DNA of 64,000 nt. It comes from Deltaproteobacteria bacterium (lineage in GTDB: Bacteria > Myxococcota_A > Polyangia > Fen-1088). The notes beneath the pieces were generated by a model, which was not told where the DNA came from, did not search any database, and worked only from the letters and a program-made list of their open reading frames with translations. Location: the NCBI GenBank assembly GCA_033763315.1, contig JANRKS010000032.1, positions 416,001 to 480,000 of the forward strand, given 5' to 3'. Positions 38,378 through 48,808 of the stretch are shown piece by piece. Positions within the stretch are counted from its first letter, which is position 1, and each line of letters starts with the position of its first letter. The position numbers were made by a program, and so were the translations under genes.

Positions 38378-41300
38378 GTGGGGAAGTCCAAGGTGCCAAA
38401 ACAGCCCGAATCCGCTCAAATGAGCCAGCAGACAGAACCACCTCAGCAGGATTTCCCCGCCGAACTTAAAGAGCAAGTGGCCGCCGCCCTTGCTGCTGAA
38501 GGCGAATCGGTCGACAAGGGCATCGATGCTTGGAAAAAAATCGTACAGGCCGCTCCGGAGGCGTGGGCGCCCCGGCGGGAGCTTGCGCGCGTTTATAAGC
38601 AAGCCGAGCGGTGGAAGAACTACGTAGATATCCTCAGCGAAGGCGTAGACAAAGCGTCGTGGTCGTCTGACGCCGACAAGGTGCCGCTCTTGTGGGAGAT
38701 GGTGGAGGTTTACCGCGATCGTTTGAAGCTGAACCAGAAGGTGATCTCCAGCTTCACGCAGTTGCTGACCATCGCGCCCGACAACCTCGAGGCCGTCGAT
38801 GCCCTGGCGGAACAATACGAGGCCATGAACCGCTGGCCCGACGTGATCTCGTTGCTGCGCAAGAAGGTCGAGGTCGTTGCGACCGTGCCTGAAAAGATCG
38901 CGTTGCACCTGCGCATCGCCAACCTTTACATCGAAAAGTTCTCAAACCAGGCCGAAGCCATCAAGGCGTTCGAAGCCGTACTGGATCTTGATTCGTCGAA
39001 TGCGTCTGCGCTCGATTACCTCAAGCAGATGTACGAGAAGCGCCGCGATTGGGACAAGCTGCTGAAAATCCAGCTTGCCGAGATCGAGCGCCTCACCAAC
39101 CCGAGCGAGCGCGCCGCGCGTTTGCTCGAGGTGGCCAAACTTGCGTCCGAACGCCTTAAACGCGCGCCTGTTTCGATTGATCTGTGGGAACGCGTGCTGG
39201 CCGAATCGCCCGCCAGCGCCGAAGCGCTGACCGAGCTTGAGAAGCTTTACGAACGCGAAAAGAACTACGATCGCTTGGCCGCCGTGCTCGAGCAGCGCGT
39301 GGCCGTGGGTGCGATCGACGCTGACCCCGTGGTTGTTTTGGTGAAGCTGGCGACGCTTTACAACGACCGCCTGGAGAACAACAGCAAGGCCATCGAAACG
39401 TGGCAAAAGCTGCTCACGATCGATCCCGAAAACCGTCGGGCGCAAGACGCGGTTAAGAAGCTTTACGTCACGCTCAAAGATTGGGATGCACTTGAAAAGT
39501 TCTATGCGGGCCAAAACCGCTGGGACGAATTCGTGCGCGTGCTTGAGCGCCAGGCAGACACTGAAGAAGGCGAAGGCCGGGTGTCGCTGGCGTTGAAGAT
39601 CGGTTCGCTCTACCGCGATCGGTTGGAGCGTGCCGACCGAGCGACGCGCGCGTTCGAGAAGGCCCTCGAAGCTGACGCCAACAATTTGGCCGCGGCCGAG
39701 GCTCTGGTTCCGCTTTATGAGCAATCCAACGATGCCGCCAAACTGGCTGGCGTCCTAAAGGTAGTGCTCGCGCATACGAAAGATCCGGCTGAACGCCAAG
39801 AGCGCATGCTGAAGATCGTCGAGTTGCTCGACGGTCCCGGCCGCGATAAACCGGGCGCCGCCGATATGGCGTTGCGTGCGTTCGCCGAAGCGCCCGAACA
39901 AGCGTGGCCGCGACAATGGGCAGAGCGTTTGGCCGCCGAAGTAGGCAACTGGGAAGCCCTGGCCGCCGCGTACGAGCAAGGTCTGAACTCCGTCAAAGGC
40001 GAAGCAAAGCTTGGCCTGCTGCGCACCTTGGCTCGCGTTTATGAACGCGAATTGATGGACGCTGAAACCGCGATCGCTTGCAACCGCCGCGTGCTGGAGG
40101 CTTCCGCCGACGATGCAGAAGCCGTGGATGCCTTGCAGCGCTTGTTCATCGCCACCGAGCGATACGAAGATCTGCTGGCGATTTATGACAAGAAGCTGGC
40201 CATGGCCACCACCGATGACGAACGCCGTGACGTTCGCTTCAAGTTGGCCAGCCTTTACGAAGAAGAGGTGAAGGACGCTGACAAAGCCATCGAGGCTTAC
40301 AGCGCCATCCTGAAAGAAGCGCCTGAAGAGACGGCCGCGCTGCAAGCGCTTGATCGCCTCTACAGCGCCACCAGCAATTGGAAAGAGCTGGCCAAGACGC
40401 TTGAGCGTGAATTGGCCCTGGCCCTCGACGAGGTGGCGTCGGCTGACCTTATCTATCGCCTCGGCAAGATCAAAGAAGATCACCTGGGCAACCCCGAAGG
40501 CGCGGTGGAGGCTTACACGCGGGCCCTGGGGCTTTACCCGGCGCACGAAGAAGCCCGCCACGCTCTGGAGGCCCATCTAGCGAAGTCGCCGCACCAGATG
40601 GCGGCGGTGGCGGCGCTTGAACCGATCTATGAACAGCTACAAGACCTTCCCCGGTTGGTGGAAGTGCAGCGAATCAAGCTTGCAAACGAAAAAGACAAGC
40701 AAGCGCGGGTGAATTTGTTGCTGCGCGTGGGCGCCCTTGAGGCCGCGCTTGAGCACAACGTGCCTGCGTTCGAGGCCTACGCGGCCGCGTTCAAAGAAAG
40801 CCCTGCGTCTGGAAAGGCGCGCGCGGCTTTGCAAGATCTGGCCGCCACGCTTGAACGCTGGGACGGCCTTGCCGCGCTTTATGAAGAGGCGTTGACGGCG
40901 GGTGGCCTTGAGCCCTCGCTTGAGCGTGAGCTGTTGACGGTGCTGGCCGAGGTCTACGACACGCGGCTGGGTCGATCCGATAAAGCCGTCGCGTGTTTGC
41001 AACGGGCGCAAGAAATCGCTCCTGAAGACGCGTCCGCGCTTGATTCGTTGGTGAATCTTTACACCCGCACCGAGCGTTGGCCCGAACTGGTGGAGACGCT
41101 TAAGCGCAAGGCTGAGCTTGTGACCGATGGCGAAGTTCGCCAAGAGATCTACGAGCGCATCGCCACCATCGCCGAGGAGATGACCGGCAACAACGCCGAC
41201 GCCATCGCGGCCTGGAAAGAGGTTCTTTCCGAGAACGCGAGCAGCGTACGCGCGCTGCGCGCCCTCGATCGCCTTTACGCCCATGAAGGGCTTGACACCG

Positions 41301-44300
41301 AGCTGGCAGACAACCTTCAGCGTCAGCTTGAACTCACGGCTGATCCCGAAGACGTGGTGACCTTGCTGTCACGCTTGGGCTTGCTGCGCGAACAACGCCT
41401 GGGCCAAGTCGCCGCGGCGGTGGAAACCTATCGCCGCTTACTTGAGATTGAGCCTGAGCATGCCGCCACCATCACGGCGCTTGAGCGCATTTTGCCGAAT
41501 CCGGCACACGAACAAGCGCTGGCCGAACTGCTCGAGCCGGTTTACCGGGCGCGTGGCGATTTCGCTTCGTTGATCCGCGTGATCGAGATCCAAATCAAAC
41601 ACATCGAAGAGCCGCAACGAAGGTTGCAGCGCTTGCACGAGATCGCCACCTGTTACGAAGACGGGCTGGACGATCCCGTTCGTGCTTACGAAGCGTTGGC
41701 GCGTGGTTTGGTTGAAGATGCATTGGATGCGGAAACGCACCGTCGCATCGAGCGTCTCGCTCGCGTGCTGGGCCGGTTCGAAGACTTGATCGAGCGTTAC
41801 CGCACGATCGTAAAATCGGTTGCCGAACCTGAACTTAAGCGCGCCTTGTTCCACAAGATCGCGCAACTGGCGTCCCAAGAAGTGGGCCGTGATGACGTGG
41901 CGGCAGAGGCCTATCTGCAAGCCATTGAAGTGGCGCCCAACGATCTGGAAGCGGCCGACGCTCTGCAGGCCATCTACACCCGCAGCGGCGATTACAAGCA
42001 GCTGGTCTCGCTTTACCGCAAGAAGATGGACATGGTGTCGGACCCCGGCGTTCGTAAGGATTTGGGCTTTAAAGCCGCTCAGATCTACGAAGAGATCCTG
42101 GAAACGCCCGATGAGGCCATTGGTGCGTTTAAGCAAATTTTGGCCACGGACGACGCCGATCGCGCCGCGCTTGAAAACCTGGAACGCCTGTATGTGCGGC
42201 TGGGCCGTTGGAGCGATCTAAAGGACGTTTACAGCCGCAAGGCGGAACTGGCGCAAGATCCGGCTGAACGCAAACGCAGCCTGTATGTGTTGGGCCAGGT
42301 TTACGATCGCGAACTCGCGGATCCCGCGCGCGCCATCGAGACGTATAGCTCCGTTTTAGACATCGATCCCAACGACATGGAGGCATTGCAGGCGTTGGAT
42401 CGCCTGTACGCGCAAACCGAACGTTGGTACGACCTGCTGGCGATCTTGGAGCGCCAAACCGAGCTTTCGCCTTCAAGCGCCGAAGTGGTTTCGTTGCGCT
42501 TCCGCGTGGGTGATTTGTGGCGCGAGAAGTTGGGCGACTTGGCCCGTGCGTGTGAGGCCTATGGGCAAGTTCTGTCCATCGATCCGACGCACGAACAAAC
42601 GTTGGCGGCGCTTGAAGACATGATGGCGCGCGGCCAAGAGCCGATCACCGCCGCCCGCGTGCTTGAGCCGATCTACGAAGTGGCGAGCGACTGGGACAAG
42701 GTTGTTCGCGTTTACGAAGTGATGGTCGCCCACACGGCAGACGCCGCCACGAAGCTTGAGTTGCTGTGGCAAATCGCTCAAATCCAAGAGCGCCGCCTGG
42801 GCAATTTCGACGACGCCTTTGGCGCTTATGGGCGGGCGTTGGCCGTGGATCCCACGAACAACGATACCATCGCTCACTTGGATCGTTTGGCTCAGGTCAC
42901 AGGACGCTGGGCCGATATGGCGCAGTTGCTTGAATCGCAGCTGGGTAAGATCGAGGACGCACGCCTGCAGGTGGAACTGCTGCTGCGTGTGGCGCGCATC
43001 TATGAAGGCGAGACGCGCGAAGATGATAAGGCCATCGCCGCTTACAAGCGCGTGGCCGACATCGAACCAGAACGTCGCGAAGGCCTTGATGCGCTCGACC
43101 GCCTCTACACCAAGGCAAGCCGCTGGGAAGAGTTGGCAGAGGTGCTTCGCAAAGAAGTCCGTCTGGCAGGCTCTGAAGAAGAGATCATCTCGTTTACCTT
43201 CCGGTTGGCGCAGGTGTTGGAACTGGCGCTTGGCGACGTGGCCGGCGCGGTTGATTGCTACCAAGACATCCTGAACGCGGATCCGGCGCATCCGGAGACG
43301 CGCGCGTCGCTTGAGAACCTGTTGCGGGCCGGCACGATGCAGGCCGAAATCGCTCAGATCCTTGAGCCGCTTTACCGCTTGGGCGAAGAGTGGGAAAAGC
43401 TGGTTGACCTTTACCAGACTGAGCTCACCCGCCTTACGGACAAAGAAGAGCGCGTGAACCTGGTCCGGCGCTTGGCCGACATCGCGGAGAACAAGCTTTA
43501 CGATCAAGTGGGCGCGTTCGAGTGGTGGTGCCGCCTGGTGCTCGAAGATCCTTCGAGCGAAGCGGCCTACGAAGATTTAGTACGCTTGGCAAAGGCCACG
43601 CACCAGTGGGAGCTCTACGTTGGCACGCTGACCGAAGCCGCCCAGCAGGCGACAGATCCCGTCATCAAACGCACCGCTTTGTTGCGTTTGGCCAGCACCT
43701 ACGAGCACGAGCTGCGCAATTTGGCTTCGGCCGAACAAGTGTTGCAGGTGGTGCTGCAAACCAACGCTCAGGATCCGCAAGCGCTTGAATCGCTGGATCG
43801 GATCTACAACGCCCAAGGACAGCACGAAAAACTGGCAGACGTTCTGCGCCGTCGCATCGCTGTGACGGACGACGGCCGCGATCTTGTGCAGCTGAACCTG
43901 CGCTTGGGCCGCGTGGTGGGTGAAGTTTTGGGCGACACTGAAGCCGCCATTCGCGCCTACGATCAAGTGTTGGAGGCGGAGTCGCGTTCGCCTGAAGCGC
44001 TCGAGGCCTTGGAGCGTTTGTTCCTGCGCGCTGAACGCTGGCAAGATCTGTTCGGTGTGTATGAGAAGATGGTGGACATCGCCCGCGGCGATGCGGCGCT
44101 GTCTGACTGCTACGCCCGCATGGCGACGTTGACCGCGCAGGTGTTTGACGATCGCGAAAAGGCGATCGATCTGTGGAAGCGCGTGTTGGATTTGCGCGGC
44201 CCGGATTTGGTGGCGCTCACCAACTTGGCTGATCTTTACGAGGTGGCTGGCGAATGGCGCGAGCTCACCGACATTCTGGACAGCCAGATTCGCGTCACCG

Positions 44301-47300
44301 ACGATCCGAACGTCAAGATCCCGCTTTACAAGCGCTTGGGTCGCATCTGGGGCGAGCAGCTTTCACGTGAGCGCAACGCGCTTGAGTGTTGGCTGGCGGT
44401 GCTTGAGCTTGATCCCTCGGATGTTGAGGCGCTCAAGGCGTTGGCCGTCAACTACCGCGCCACCGGCGCTTGGGAAGAGCTGGCGGATGCGCTTCGCCGT
44501 TTGATCTACTTGGGCCCAGGCGTGTTGCCATCCGAGGAACTCAAAGAGCTTTACGCTCAATTGGGTGAACTTGAGGGGCAGACGCTTATGCGCACCGACG
44601 CCGCGATCGAAGCGTGGCGTGAGGTGTTGAACCTCGATCCCGAAGACTTCCGAGCCATGGCGGCGTTGGAAGGCTTGTTTACGCAAGAGGCGCGCTGGGA
44701 AGAGTGCGTCGAGATCTTAGAGCGCCGCGCGAATGCGCTGACCGATCACGCCGACAAGGTCGACGTGATGATGCAGGCGGCAAGCATCTGGGCTGACAAG
44801 ATCGGCAACACCGCGCAGGCGGCAGGCGTTTACGAGCGCCTGATGGAGATCGATCCGAACAACCAAGTTGCCTCGGTCGAACTCGAACAGATTTACCGCC
44901 AACAAGAGAACTGGGAGCCGTTGATTGGCTTGCTGGTCGGTCGCGCCGAAGACGTAAACGCGGCGCCTCGGCAACGGCAAGAGAGCCTGTGCGCCGTGGC
45001 GGAGATCTACGAACGCCAACTGGGCGACGCAGACAACGCGTTCACCGTGTTGGGGGCAGCGTTTGAGATTGATTTCTCAAACGATCACGTCGCGGCCGAG
45101 CTTGAACGCTTGGCCACGCAAGCGGGCAAGTGGAACGAGCTTGTGGGTCAATGGACCCAAGTGGCCCAGGCCGAGCAGGATCCAAAGGTCGCCGCGGATC
45201 TGTGGGTCAAGATCGCTCGTTGGGGCGATTCCGCTCTGCAAAACACGGACTACGCCATTCAAACGGCTACGTACGCTTTGCAACTCGACGCGAACAACGC
45301 GGGCGCCATGCAGGCGTTGTCTGACTTCTACCGCAAGAAGCAGATGTGGCCTGACTTGGTGGCCATTCTCGCGCGCCACGCCGACGTCGAGGAGGATCAG
45401 GACAAGCGCGTCGCGACGCTGCTGTCGCTCGCCGAGACCTACGAGAATCAAATGGGCGACGTGGCCTCCGCCACGGACGCTTACGAACGAGCCTTAAGCG
45501 CGGATCCGCGTTCGATGGCGGCCATTGATGCGCTCGAACGCTTGTATCGTCGCACCAGCGCCTGGGATCGCTTGGTGGATGTGCTGGCCAAAAAGTCGCA
45601 CTCGGTGGACGACAGCGATGAATCAATTCGCTTGTCGCTGCAGGTGGGCCAGATCTGGGAAGAGCGCTTGGGCGACGATCGTCGTGCCATCGACGCTTAC
45701 AAAGAGGTGTTGATCGCGGACGCGCGCAACACCAACGCGCTGGATGCGTTGGAACGCCTTTACGGCAAGACCAACCAGCTTGAAGCGCAGATGGACATCG
45801 TCGAGCAGAAGCTCGAGGTGGCCGACGTGGGCGCCGACCGCATTCGGTTGCTGCAGCGCCAAGCCAAAATGTGGGAAGAAACCTTCCGCAAGCCTGACCG
45901 CGCGATTGAATCGCTGCAAACGGCGCTCATGCAGGACGAAGGCTTCATCCAGGCCTACCGCGATCTGGAGCGCCTCTACCGCGTTGAAAAGCGTTGGGAA
46001 GATCTGGTCGAGAACTACCGTCGCCACATCCTGGTGACGAACGATCCGGCCGAGCGCACCGCCCTTTATTACCAAATGGGCTTGGTCTACGAAAAAGAGA
46101 TCAAGGACTACGACCGCGCCATCGAAGCTTACGACGATGTCGTTTCGTTCCAACCCGATCACGTCGAAGCGCTCTCCGCTCTGTCACGCCTTTACGAACT
46201 GACGGAAAACTGGGATCGCGCCGTGGACGTGATGACCCGCATCGCGGGCTCTGTGGAAGGCCCTCAGCGCGTCGAGCTCAACTACCGTTTGGGCAAGATC
46301 TACGACGAACAAATGCGCATGCCTGATCAGGCGGAGCAGTGGTTGTCGGAGGCCTTGGCCCTCGATCCCGGCCACTTGCCCAGCATGATGGCGTTGCTGA
46401 ACCTGTACAAATCACGCGGCGACAGCCTCAAGGCCGCCACGTTGATGGAGCGGGCCGAAGGCCAAACGCGCAACACGCTTGAGAAGACGCGCCTGCTTTA
46501 CGACGCCGGCCGTTTGTACCTCGACGATTTGGGCGACGAAGATCGCGCCATGGCGATGTTCGCCCGCGTGGTTGAGCTGGATCCGGAGCACGCCGAAGCT
46601 GGCGAGCCGTTGGCCGAGCTTTATTTCCAGCGCGAGCAATGGGCGCCTTTGGTGCCGGTGCTTGAGATGTTGGCGCGCAAAAAAGATCGCAAGAGCGCGC
46701 GCGAACTGCATCCCACCTACTTCCGTTTGGCGAAAGCCTGCGCGGCGCTTGGGTTGGATGAAAAGGCGCTTAAATACTACAAGCAAGCCTTTGATCTTGA
46801 TTCAACCCACCTGCCCACCTTGATGGGGCGCGCGGATCTGCTGTATCGCAAAGAGCAGTGGGACGACGCCTTCAAGCTGTACCAAACGATTTTGGTGCAC
46901 CACCGCGAGGCCCAGGGTGACGATCAGATCGTCGAGATCTTCTACCGCATTGGCCGCATCAAGTTGAAGGTGGGCGAGAAGCCCAAGGCCATCAACATGT
47001 TTGAGAAGGCGCTTGAGGTACAGCCCGGCCACAAGCCGACGCTCGAAGCGCTCTCGGAGATCTACGCCGCCGCCGGTGACTGGGAAGCCGTCATCAAGCA
47101 AAAGCGCGTTCTGCTGGCCAACGCCCGCACCGACGAAGAGCGGATGGAGCTGCTGCAGCAGATCATCGACATCTACCTCGGCAAGGTGAACGATAAGCAA
47201 AAGGCAATTGCCGCTTACCTTGAGATGCTGGACATCGAGCCAAGCTCGATGAGCCTGCTGCACAAGGTTTTGGCGTTGTTCTCTGAAACCAGGCAATGGA

Positions 47301-48805
47301 AGAAGGCCGTGGAAACGGCGCTGCGCTTGGCCGAGGTGGACACCGACAAGATTCGCCGCGCGAAGTACTTCGAGGCCGCAGGTAACTTCACCAATTCCGA
47401 GCTCAACTCACCTGACGAAGCGATCGAATTTTACAACCAGGCGTTGGATGAGAATCCCGACGATCTGAAGGTGTTCGAACGCATCGACAAGATCCTGACC
47501 AAGAAGAAGGATTGGAAGAACCAAGAGCGCGCGTACCGCCGCATGATCAAGCGCTTGGGCACCGATGTGCCGGAAGACAAGCGCCCCACGCAGGTGGCTT
47601 TGTGGCGCGGCTTGGGTGAAATCTATCGTTCGCGTCTCAAAGATCTGAACGCCGCCATTCAAACGTTTGAAGTGTGCGTGGGCCTTGAACCGGGCAACTT
47701 CAAAACGCGTGAGATTTTGGCCGAGCTTTACTCTGTCTCGGGCCCCGAGCATGCGGAGAAGGCGTCACGCGAATACCGTGTGCTGATCAATAAGGCGCCG
47801 GATCTGCCGCAGATGGTGCCTTACATCCACCTGCTGTGGAACTCGTTCAAAGAAACCAACAACTACGACCGCGCTTGGTGCGTGGCCCACGTGTTGACGT
47901 TCTTGCGCCAAGCCAATGAGGAGCAAGCGCGCTTTTACGAGCAGTACAAGATCAAGGGCATGCAGAAGACGCGGCTGCGCCTCACCGAGGAAATGTGGCG
48001 TCGCTTCGTGTTCCACAAGGACGAGGATTGGTTCTTGTCGCAAATCATGGCCACGATCAGCGAGGCCGTGGTGCAGCACACGCTGGTGGACATGAAGACC
48101 ACCGGCGTGCGTCGCAAAGACGCGCGCGACATCACGAGCGATCCGCTGCTGTTCAGCAAGATCTTCAGCTCGGTGACCTTGGCCTTGAACGTGCCGCCGC
48201 CCGCGGTGTTCTTGCGCGAAGAGAACCCTGGCGACATGGCGTTCTATTCGCTGTTCGACAAGCAGGGGCCGTTGCCCGCGGTTGTCGTGGGCAATGCGCT
48301 TTTGCAAGGACGCACGGAAAAGGACCTGGCGTACTTGCTGGGACGCAAGGTGGCCTTGTTGCGCGCCGATCACTTGGTGCGTTGGCCAACCATGGTGGAA
48401 CAGGTGGCGCAGCTCAAGGCGTTCGTCATTGCCGCGATCAAACGTGTGCAACCGAACATCCCTGTGCCGCCCGATATGGCGCCGGCTTTGCCGAGCTACA
48501 TGGCCATCCTTGAACGTATGTCGGGCCGATCGCTTGAACATCTGGCAGCGGTTGTGAACCAACTGATGCAATTCAAGGGCGATCTGAACACCAACAAGTG
48601 GGTCAAAGGTGTGGACTTCACCGCCACCCGCGCCGGCTTCTTGATGTGCAGCGACTTGGAGGTGGCGTCTCGCCTGATTCAGGCCGAACCCATGACCGTG
48701 GGGATGGCGGATCCGCGCGAGAAGATCCGTGACCTCATCGAGTGGGCGATCTCTGACGAGTACTTTACGTTGCGCCAACAGGTCGGCATCAGCATCGGAA
48801 GCTGA
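38378..48805 (+). CDS. agmK: Giant cytoplasmic TPR protein, GltI (AgmK)-like
   Basis: 3475 aa; dozens of repeats of the type AL.AL.RLY....W..L...L....; no signal peptide; GGAGG SD; downstream of gltG as in M. xanthus. Confidence 0.8.
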   Translation: MGKSKVPKQPESAQMSQQTEPPQQDFPAELKEQVAAALAAEGESVDKGIDAWKKIVQAAPEAWAPRRELARVYKQAERWKNYVDILSEGVDKASWSSDADKVPLLWEMVEVYRDRLKLNQKVISSFTQLLTIAPDNLEAVDALAEQYEAMNRWPDVISLLRKKVEVVATVPEKIALHLRIANLYIEKFSNQAEAIKAFEAVLDLDSSNASALDYLKQMYEKRRDWDKLLKIQLAEIERLTNPSERAARLLEVAKLASERLKRAPVSIDLWERVLAESPASAEALTELEKLYEREKNYDRLAAVLEQRVAVGAIDADPVVVLVKLATLYNDRLENNSKAIETWQKLLTIDPENRRAQDAVKKLYVTLKDWDALEKFYAGQNRWDEFVRVLERQADTEEGEGRVSLALKIGSLYRDRLERADRATRAFEKALEADANNLAAAEALVPLYEQSNDAAKLAGVLKVVLAHTKDPAERQERMLKIVELLDGPGRDKPGAADMALRAFAEAPEQAWPRQWAERLAAEVGNWEALAAAYEQGLNSVKGEAKLGLLRTLARVYERELMDAETAIACNRRVLEASADDAEAVDALQRLFIATERYEDLLAIYDKKLAMATTDDERRDVRFKLASLYEEEVKDADKAIEAYSAILKEAPEETAALQALDRLYSATSNWKELAKTLERELALALDEVASADLIYRLGKIKEDHLGNPEGAVEAYTRALGLYPAHEEARHALEAHLAKSPHQMAAVAALEPIYEQLQDLPRLVEVQRIKLANEKDKQARVNLLLRVGALEAALEHNVPAFEAYAAAFKESPASGKARAALQDLAATLERWDGLAALYEEALTAGGLEPSLERELLTVLAEVYDTRLGRSDKAVACLQRAQEIAPEDASALDSLVNLYTRTERWPELVETLKRKAELVTDGEVRQEIYERIATIAEEMTGNNADAIAAWKEVLSENASSVRALRALDRLYAHEGLDTELADNLQRQLELTADPEDVVTLLSRLGLLREQRLGQVAAAVETYRRLLEIEPEHAATITALERILPNPAHEQALAELLEPVYRARGDFASLIRVIEIQIKHIEEPQRRLQRLHEIATCYEDGLDDPVRAYEALARGLVEDALDAETHRRIERLARVLGRFEDLIERYRTIVKSVAEPELKRALFHKIAQLASQEVGRDDVAAEAYLQAIEVAPNDLEAADALQAIYTRSGDYKQLVSLYRKKMDMVSDPGVRKDLGFKAAQIYEEILETPDEAIGAFKQILATDDADRAALENLERLYVRLGRWSDLKDVYSRKAELAQDPAERKRSLYVLGQVYDRELADPARAIETYSSVLDIDPNDMEALQALDRLYAQTERWYDLLAILERQTELSPSSAEVVSLRFRVGDLWREKLGDLARACEAYGQVLSIDPTHEQTLAALEDMMARGQEPITAARVLEPIYEVASDWDKVVRVYEVMVAHTADAATKLELLWQIAQIQERRLGNFDDAFGAYGRALAVDPTNNDTIAHLDRLAQVTGRWADMAQLLESQLGKIEDARLQVELLLRVARIYEGETREDDKAIAAYKRVADIEPERREGLDALDRLYTKASRWEELAEVLRKEVRLAGSEEEIISFTFRLAQVLELALGDVAGAVDCYQDILNADPAHPETRASLENLLRAGTMQAEIAQILEPLYRLGEEWEKLVDLYQTELTRLTDKEERVNLVRRLADIAENKLYDQVGAFEWWCRLVLEDPSSEAAYEDLVRLAKATHQWELYVGTLTEAAQQATDPVIKRTALLRLASTYEHELRNLASAEQVLQVVLQTNAQDPQALESLDRIYNAQGQHEKLADVLRRRIAVTDDGRDLVQLNLRLGRVVGEVLGDTEAAIRAYDQVLEAESRSPEALEALERLFLRAERWQDLFGVYEKMVDIARGDAALSDCYARMATLTAQVFDDREKAIDLWKRVLDLRGPDLVALTNLADLYEVAGEWRELTDILDSQIRVTDDPNVKIPLYKRLGRIWGEQLSRERNALECWLAVLELDPSDVEALKALAVNYRATGAWEELADALRRLIYLGPGVLPSEELKELYAQLGELEGQTLMRTDAAIEAWREVLNLDPEDFRAMAALEGLFTQEARWEECVEILERRANALTDHADKVDVMMQAASIWADKIGNTAQAAGVYERLMEIDPNNQVASVELEQIYRQQENWEPLIGLLVGRAEDVNAAPRQRQESLCAVAEIYERQLGDADNAFTVLGAAFEIDFSNDHVAAELERLATQAGKWNELVGQWTQVAQAEQDPKVAADLWVKIARWGDSALQNTDYAIQTATYALQLDANNAGAMQALSDFYRKKQMWPDLVAILARHADVEEDQDKRVATLLSLAETYENQMGDVASATDAYERALSADPRSMAAIDALERLYRRTSAWDRLVDVLAKKSHSVDDSDESIRLSLQVGQIWEERLGDDRRAIDAYKEVLIADARNTNALDALERLYGKTNQLEAQMDIVEQKLEVADVGADRIRLLQRQAKMWEETFRKPDRAIESLQTALMQDEGFIQAYRDLERLYRVEKRWEDLVENYRRHILVTNDPAERTALYYQMGLVYEKEIKDYDRAIEAYDDVVSFQPDHVEALSALSRLYELTENWDRAVDVMTRIAGSVEGPQRVELNYRLGKIYDEQMRMPDQAEQWLSEALALDPGHLPSMMALLNLYKSRGDSLKAATLMERAEGQTRNTLEKTRLLYDAGRLYLDDLGDEDRAMAMFARVVELDPEHAEAGEPLAELYFQREQWAPLVPVLEMLARKKDRKSARELHPTYFRLAKACAALGLDEKALKYYKQAFDLDSTHLPTLMGRADLLYRKEQWDDAFKLYQTILVHHREAQGDDQIVEIFYRIGRIKLKVGEKPKAINMFEKALEVQPGHKPTLEALSEIYAAAGDWEAVIKQKRVLLANARTDEERMELLQQIIDIYLGKVNDKQKAIAAYLEMLDIEPSSMSLLHKVLALFSETRQWKKAVETALRLAEVDTDKIRRAKYFEAAGNFTNSELNSPDEAIEFYNQALDENPDDLKVFERIDKILTKKKDWKNQERAYRRMIKRLGTDVPEDKRPTQVALWRGLGEIYRSRLKDLNAAIQTFEVCVGLEPGNFKTREILAELYSVSGPEHAEKASREYRVLINKAPDLPQMVPYIHLLWNSFKETNNYDRAWCVAHVLTFLRQANEEQARFYEQYKIKGMQKTRLRLTEEMWRRFVFHKDEDWFLSQIMATISEAVVQHTLVDMKTTGVRRKDARDITSDPLLFSKIFSSVTLALNVPPPAVFLREENPGDMAFYSLFDKQGPLPAVVVGNALLQGRTEKDLAYLLGRKVALLRADHLVRWPTMVEQVAQLKAFVIAAIKRVQPNIPVPPDMAPALPSYMAILERMSGRSLEHLAAVVNQLMQFKGDLNTNKWVKGVDFTATRAGFLMCSDLEVASRLIQAEPMTVGMADPREKIRDLIEWAISDEYFTLRQQVGISIGS

Positions 48806-48808
48806 TCC

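Noticed and set aside
38378-48805. Giant ORF as NRPS/PKS, toxin or defence protein
   Set aside because: No adenylation, ketosynthase, RHS or NTPase motifs; it is helical TPR-type repeats throughout.
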